From Amphiscolops sp. MND2022 (lineage: Eukaryota), in the NCBI GenBank assembly GCA_964187785.1, contig OZ076410.1, positions 31,992,001 to 32,056,000 of the forward strand: DNA of 64,000 nucleotides, in the 5' to 3' direction. This document shows, piece after piece, positions 61,001 to 64,000 of this stretch. The translations under genes and the position numbers were made by a program. A model generated the notes under the pieces. It was given only the letters and a program-made list of their open reading frames with translations, did no database searches and was not told where the DNA came from. Within the stretch, counting starts at the first letter, position 1. Each line of letters starts with the position of its first letter.

Positions 61001-61462
61001 GTAGAGCAGAGTCTCAATTCCCGTCCACTAGTACCCGTTAGCGCCGACGCTACGGATTTGGACGCGTTGACACCTAACCACTTCCTGTTGGGAACCGCGG
61101 GTTCCACAATGCCATCTCACCAAAGAGCCGACGTAGACCACAAAAAACGCTACGCACATGCACAAGCGTACTCAGATGCAATTTGGGACCGTTGGTTAAG
61201 AGATTACGTTCCGTCGCTTAACCGCCGTTCAAAGTGGTCAACCCAACCAGATCGAGATCTCAAGATCGGAGACCTTGTCTGGATTGTGGAAACTACGAGT
61301 CCACGAGGACATTTCCCACTTGCACGTGTGGTTAAACTGAACTACGGTACTGACGCAATCGCTCGTTCGGCGGAACTGAAAACCGCAACAGGAAACCTCG
61401 TTCGACCCGTTGTCAAACTCGCACCCGTTCTCCCGTCCCCCGATTCCCCCAATCTTACTTAA
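55057..61462 (+). pseudogene. BEL/Pao gag-pol polyprotein interrupted by one frameshift at 58819-58822
   Basis: Gag core (WHEWFGQF), three Cys/His knuckles, LCDSACSHS protease, FYMDDYL RT, MFGDSS RNase H, HETHCH...CVTC, IDYFGP / SDNGTNF / VWER integrase. Removing one C of CCCC fuses ORFs 55045-58902 and 58856-61462. Confidence 0.92.
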
Positions 61463-62511
61463 TCTGTACTAAGCTCTCGTTTTTGTTCTCGCTTGTAATC
61501 GTATCTAATATGAGTAAAATGTAACATGTACTTCGAAAATCCATGTAAACTGTTTTTCAAAAAAAAAAATTTTTTTTGTTCAGTTTAACGTTCACATTGT
61601 TTTACATTCACATCTTCTTGGGCCCGGAGGATGTTGCAGAGCAAATATGGTTGAATTAAAACAAACAAAAATCAAGTGACCATAGCACGGTCGGTAGAGT
61701 ATGGGGCTCGGAATTTGAAGGTTACCGGTTCGATTCCCGAAACCGTCAAATATTTGCTACTTCTGAAAATAGTAAAATATATTTTTCAAATATCATTCAA
61801 ATAATTTGCTATCTCGAAACTTTAATTTGTTTAATTATATTTGTAAACAATATTGATCTTTTGCAAGTTGTTTCGATTTATTCACTGATGTCTTTGAATG
61901 TTTAAAATATTGCTAACAAAAAACTCTTTGCAAACGGACTGTATTCACCCGAAGGCTTACAGTTTAACAACTTAGGTGGGTCGTTGTGATCTTCTCAGTT
62001 TTTTCTACAAAGGGACTCCCAACAAATTTTGACAAAAAACTACAACCTATGGCGAACTTTGAAGTTTTCTACAATTGAAGGCACTACTTTTAATAAATAA
62101 AAAAGTAACTAGAAAACTGCAAATCAATTAAGTCGAGGTCAATTCCTGATTGCGTACAATGTTGACGATTCGAATCTTTTCATCAATTGGAATTGCAAAA
62201 ACGCGGAAAATCCTGTTTTGTCAAAAGAATTGCATCCCCTTCAAAAGAGTTGTTCAAATCTCGCTGATGGAGAGGAAGGATGCGAGTCCATTAATCAATG
62301 GAAACTTCCAGCCGAACAAGAACATGAATATGCAATTTTGATTGATTCAATTCACTTTTGTTTCCTCCCAATCAAGCTTTTTTCTCAACTTCGGACGTTC
62401 TTTCAAGAACAACAAAAGGTATTTGTTCTACACTACGGTCTTACAAGTCTTAATTGGCTCAAAAAAAGAATTTAGTGAAAAAAATTAGCCAAATCAATAC
62501 TTATAATAGCG

Positions 62512-62731
62512 AACCAATTCGGAACTTTGATGTGTTCAGTCAAGAAAAACCTAGTATTTGACCAAAGGGTTACATTTTTGCATTTTTTTGGCATTGAGAT
62601 TTGTCAAACTTTTGATGAAAATTTTCATAAAAAGTTTGACAAAAATCAATGCCGAAAAAATGCAAAAATGTAACTCTTTGGTCAAATACTAGGTTTTTCT
62701 TGACTGAACACATCAAAATTCCGAATCGGTT
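62512..62731. repeat. 220-bp spacerless palindrome
   Basis: 110-bp arms centred on ATGAAAA|TTTTCAT (62621/62622), about 7 mismatches counted by eye. Confidence 0.95.
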
Positions 62732-63293
62732 AACATTTTAGAAGACATTGCGCTTTTTTGGCCGGAATATTTGAATTTCTAATTTCATAATCGAAAAAAA
62801 TTGGTTCAGTGCGTTTTATCAGAAAGTGCGATAAATCTGACCAATTGCTAAAAGATGAAGCCTTGGCTAGGTTCGAACCCCCAACAAGATGAATCAAAAA
62901 CGAGAAAGCCAAATCACTTTTTTATACGTTATATCCGAAAACAGCATTTGCAATTGGTACGGTTCTCTTTGAGACGAAGATAGCGTCGGCTCTGTCTGAA
63001 TTCAAACCCCAAATTTAGCCTAGCAAGACGCAAATATAAAAGAAAGGAAAAACGCTTTAATATGAATTTGGGCGGAATATTCGGATCACGAAAATTGATG
63101 TCGGTTTGGAAAGACCGCTAAGGGTCGAAGTTTTCTAGTTTTTGATTTCAAAGATAGAAATATTGTTTTCGTGATGAAATCCCAATATTCGCCATCAAAC
63201 CAAATCACTTCCTTGATTGAAAGTTAGGAAACTCTTAGAAAAGCGACCATTACGGTGACAGCTAGAGAAAAAAACTTTCGCATTTTTCAAAAA

Positions 63294-63306
63294 GCGCCGA
63301 CTAAAA
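63294..63306 (-). repeat. Isolated terminus of the AGTCGGCGC Helentron-like family
   Basis: GCGCCGACTAAAA. The partner end was not recognised. Confidence 0.4.
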
Positions 63307-64000
63307 GCAGACTAATAAATTATAAACATATACATCAATATGGGCATTAATGCCTACCTCAAGCTGCACGAATTTTTATAAACCATTAGGCCATCACATA
63401 CAAACAAAAAACAACGACTTTATTAATGAAATCGAAAAAAAACTTCACGTAAACAGGAAAATCGAAACTTGAATATATTTAAAAAACTCGTTTCTTCTCA
63501 GTCTAGCAGAATACTTTTTTCCCAATAAAATCAATTTTCATCGAACTTTGATGTAGTTTGTCGGCGAACCCTAAAACAAGCATTAAAACGTCTTTCAGGT
63601 CTTTGAACAGCATAGTGATTCTTTTAATCTTAGCAACACATCGTTTCCTTCTGTTCCGATGCCATTTTGGGCTCTGTTTGCTCAATTATGAAAATTTTGA
63701 TTGAGTTTATGCAGACAGTGAAAGACCAAGTACCAAGACTGTTGACCTGATTGAATTAGCCTTTTTTGGTTCTGCCTTTTTTGTTTATGAAGTTTGATTG
63801 GACGGTTCAATCATTGTCTTTAAAACAAATTGAAGCCCTGGTGCTTCAATAGTTATTACCTAGGTGCTCACATTTCCAATACCTTATCATAACTAAAGCG
63901 TTGCGGTTGTTTTGTCAAAATAAACAATTAAACTGGATTGTCTTCAGATACTTTTGTTTACTAAGAAGAATTTAGCTGCATTTTTAAGTCCCGTTTTTGA

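Larger units (their letters stand above)
52858..61969 (+). mobile_element. Full-length BEL/Pao LTR retrotransposon (9112 bp), recent insertion
   Basis: 338-bp LTRs at 52858-53195 and 61632-61969 with no mismatch seen, TSD ACTTA, PBS TGGTGGCCATAGAGAGG, PPT GGCCCGGAGGA. Confidence 0.97.

Noticed and set aside
62130-62475. Open plus-strand frame of about 115 codons next to the BEL 3' LTR as the LINE ORF1 or a host exon
   Set aside because: It is on the wrong strand for the LINE, has no ATG and no motif, so it is unsupported.

Overview
AT-rich eukaryotic (probably invertebrate animal) DNA made almost entirely of nested transposable elements. There are no prokaryotic genes, rRNAs, functional tRNAs or CRISPR arrays. 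From left to right: (1) a very large Ty3/Gypsy element (<1-13378) with gag, a -1 slippery site and an intact pol. Between pol and the PPT/3' LTR lies about 7.3 kb of cargo: a 5-exon ANTISENSE gene (about 1120 aa, zinc finger plus degenerate hAT-transposase-like body) and a divergent, decaying sense ORF. (2) A duplicated segment whose two copies carry the same Gypsy insertion (TSD GATCC), as a solo LTR in one and as an internally deleted two-LTR element with a WLDD reverse transcriptase in the other. (3) A zone of MITEs, foldback elements, Helentron-like repeats, a Tc1 (DD34E) relic, decayed Gypsy pieces and a 1.27-kb solo LTR. (4) An L2/CR1-group LINE with an intact 942-aa ORF2. (5) A young BEL/Pao element (52858-61969, identical 338-bp LTRs, TSD ACTTA) whose LTRs contain a tRNA-like Pol III promoter and whose leader encodes an extra SGNH/GDSL-like protein. 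All alignments, domain calls and mismatch counts were made by eye; no database searches were run.
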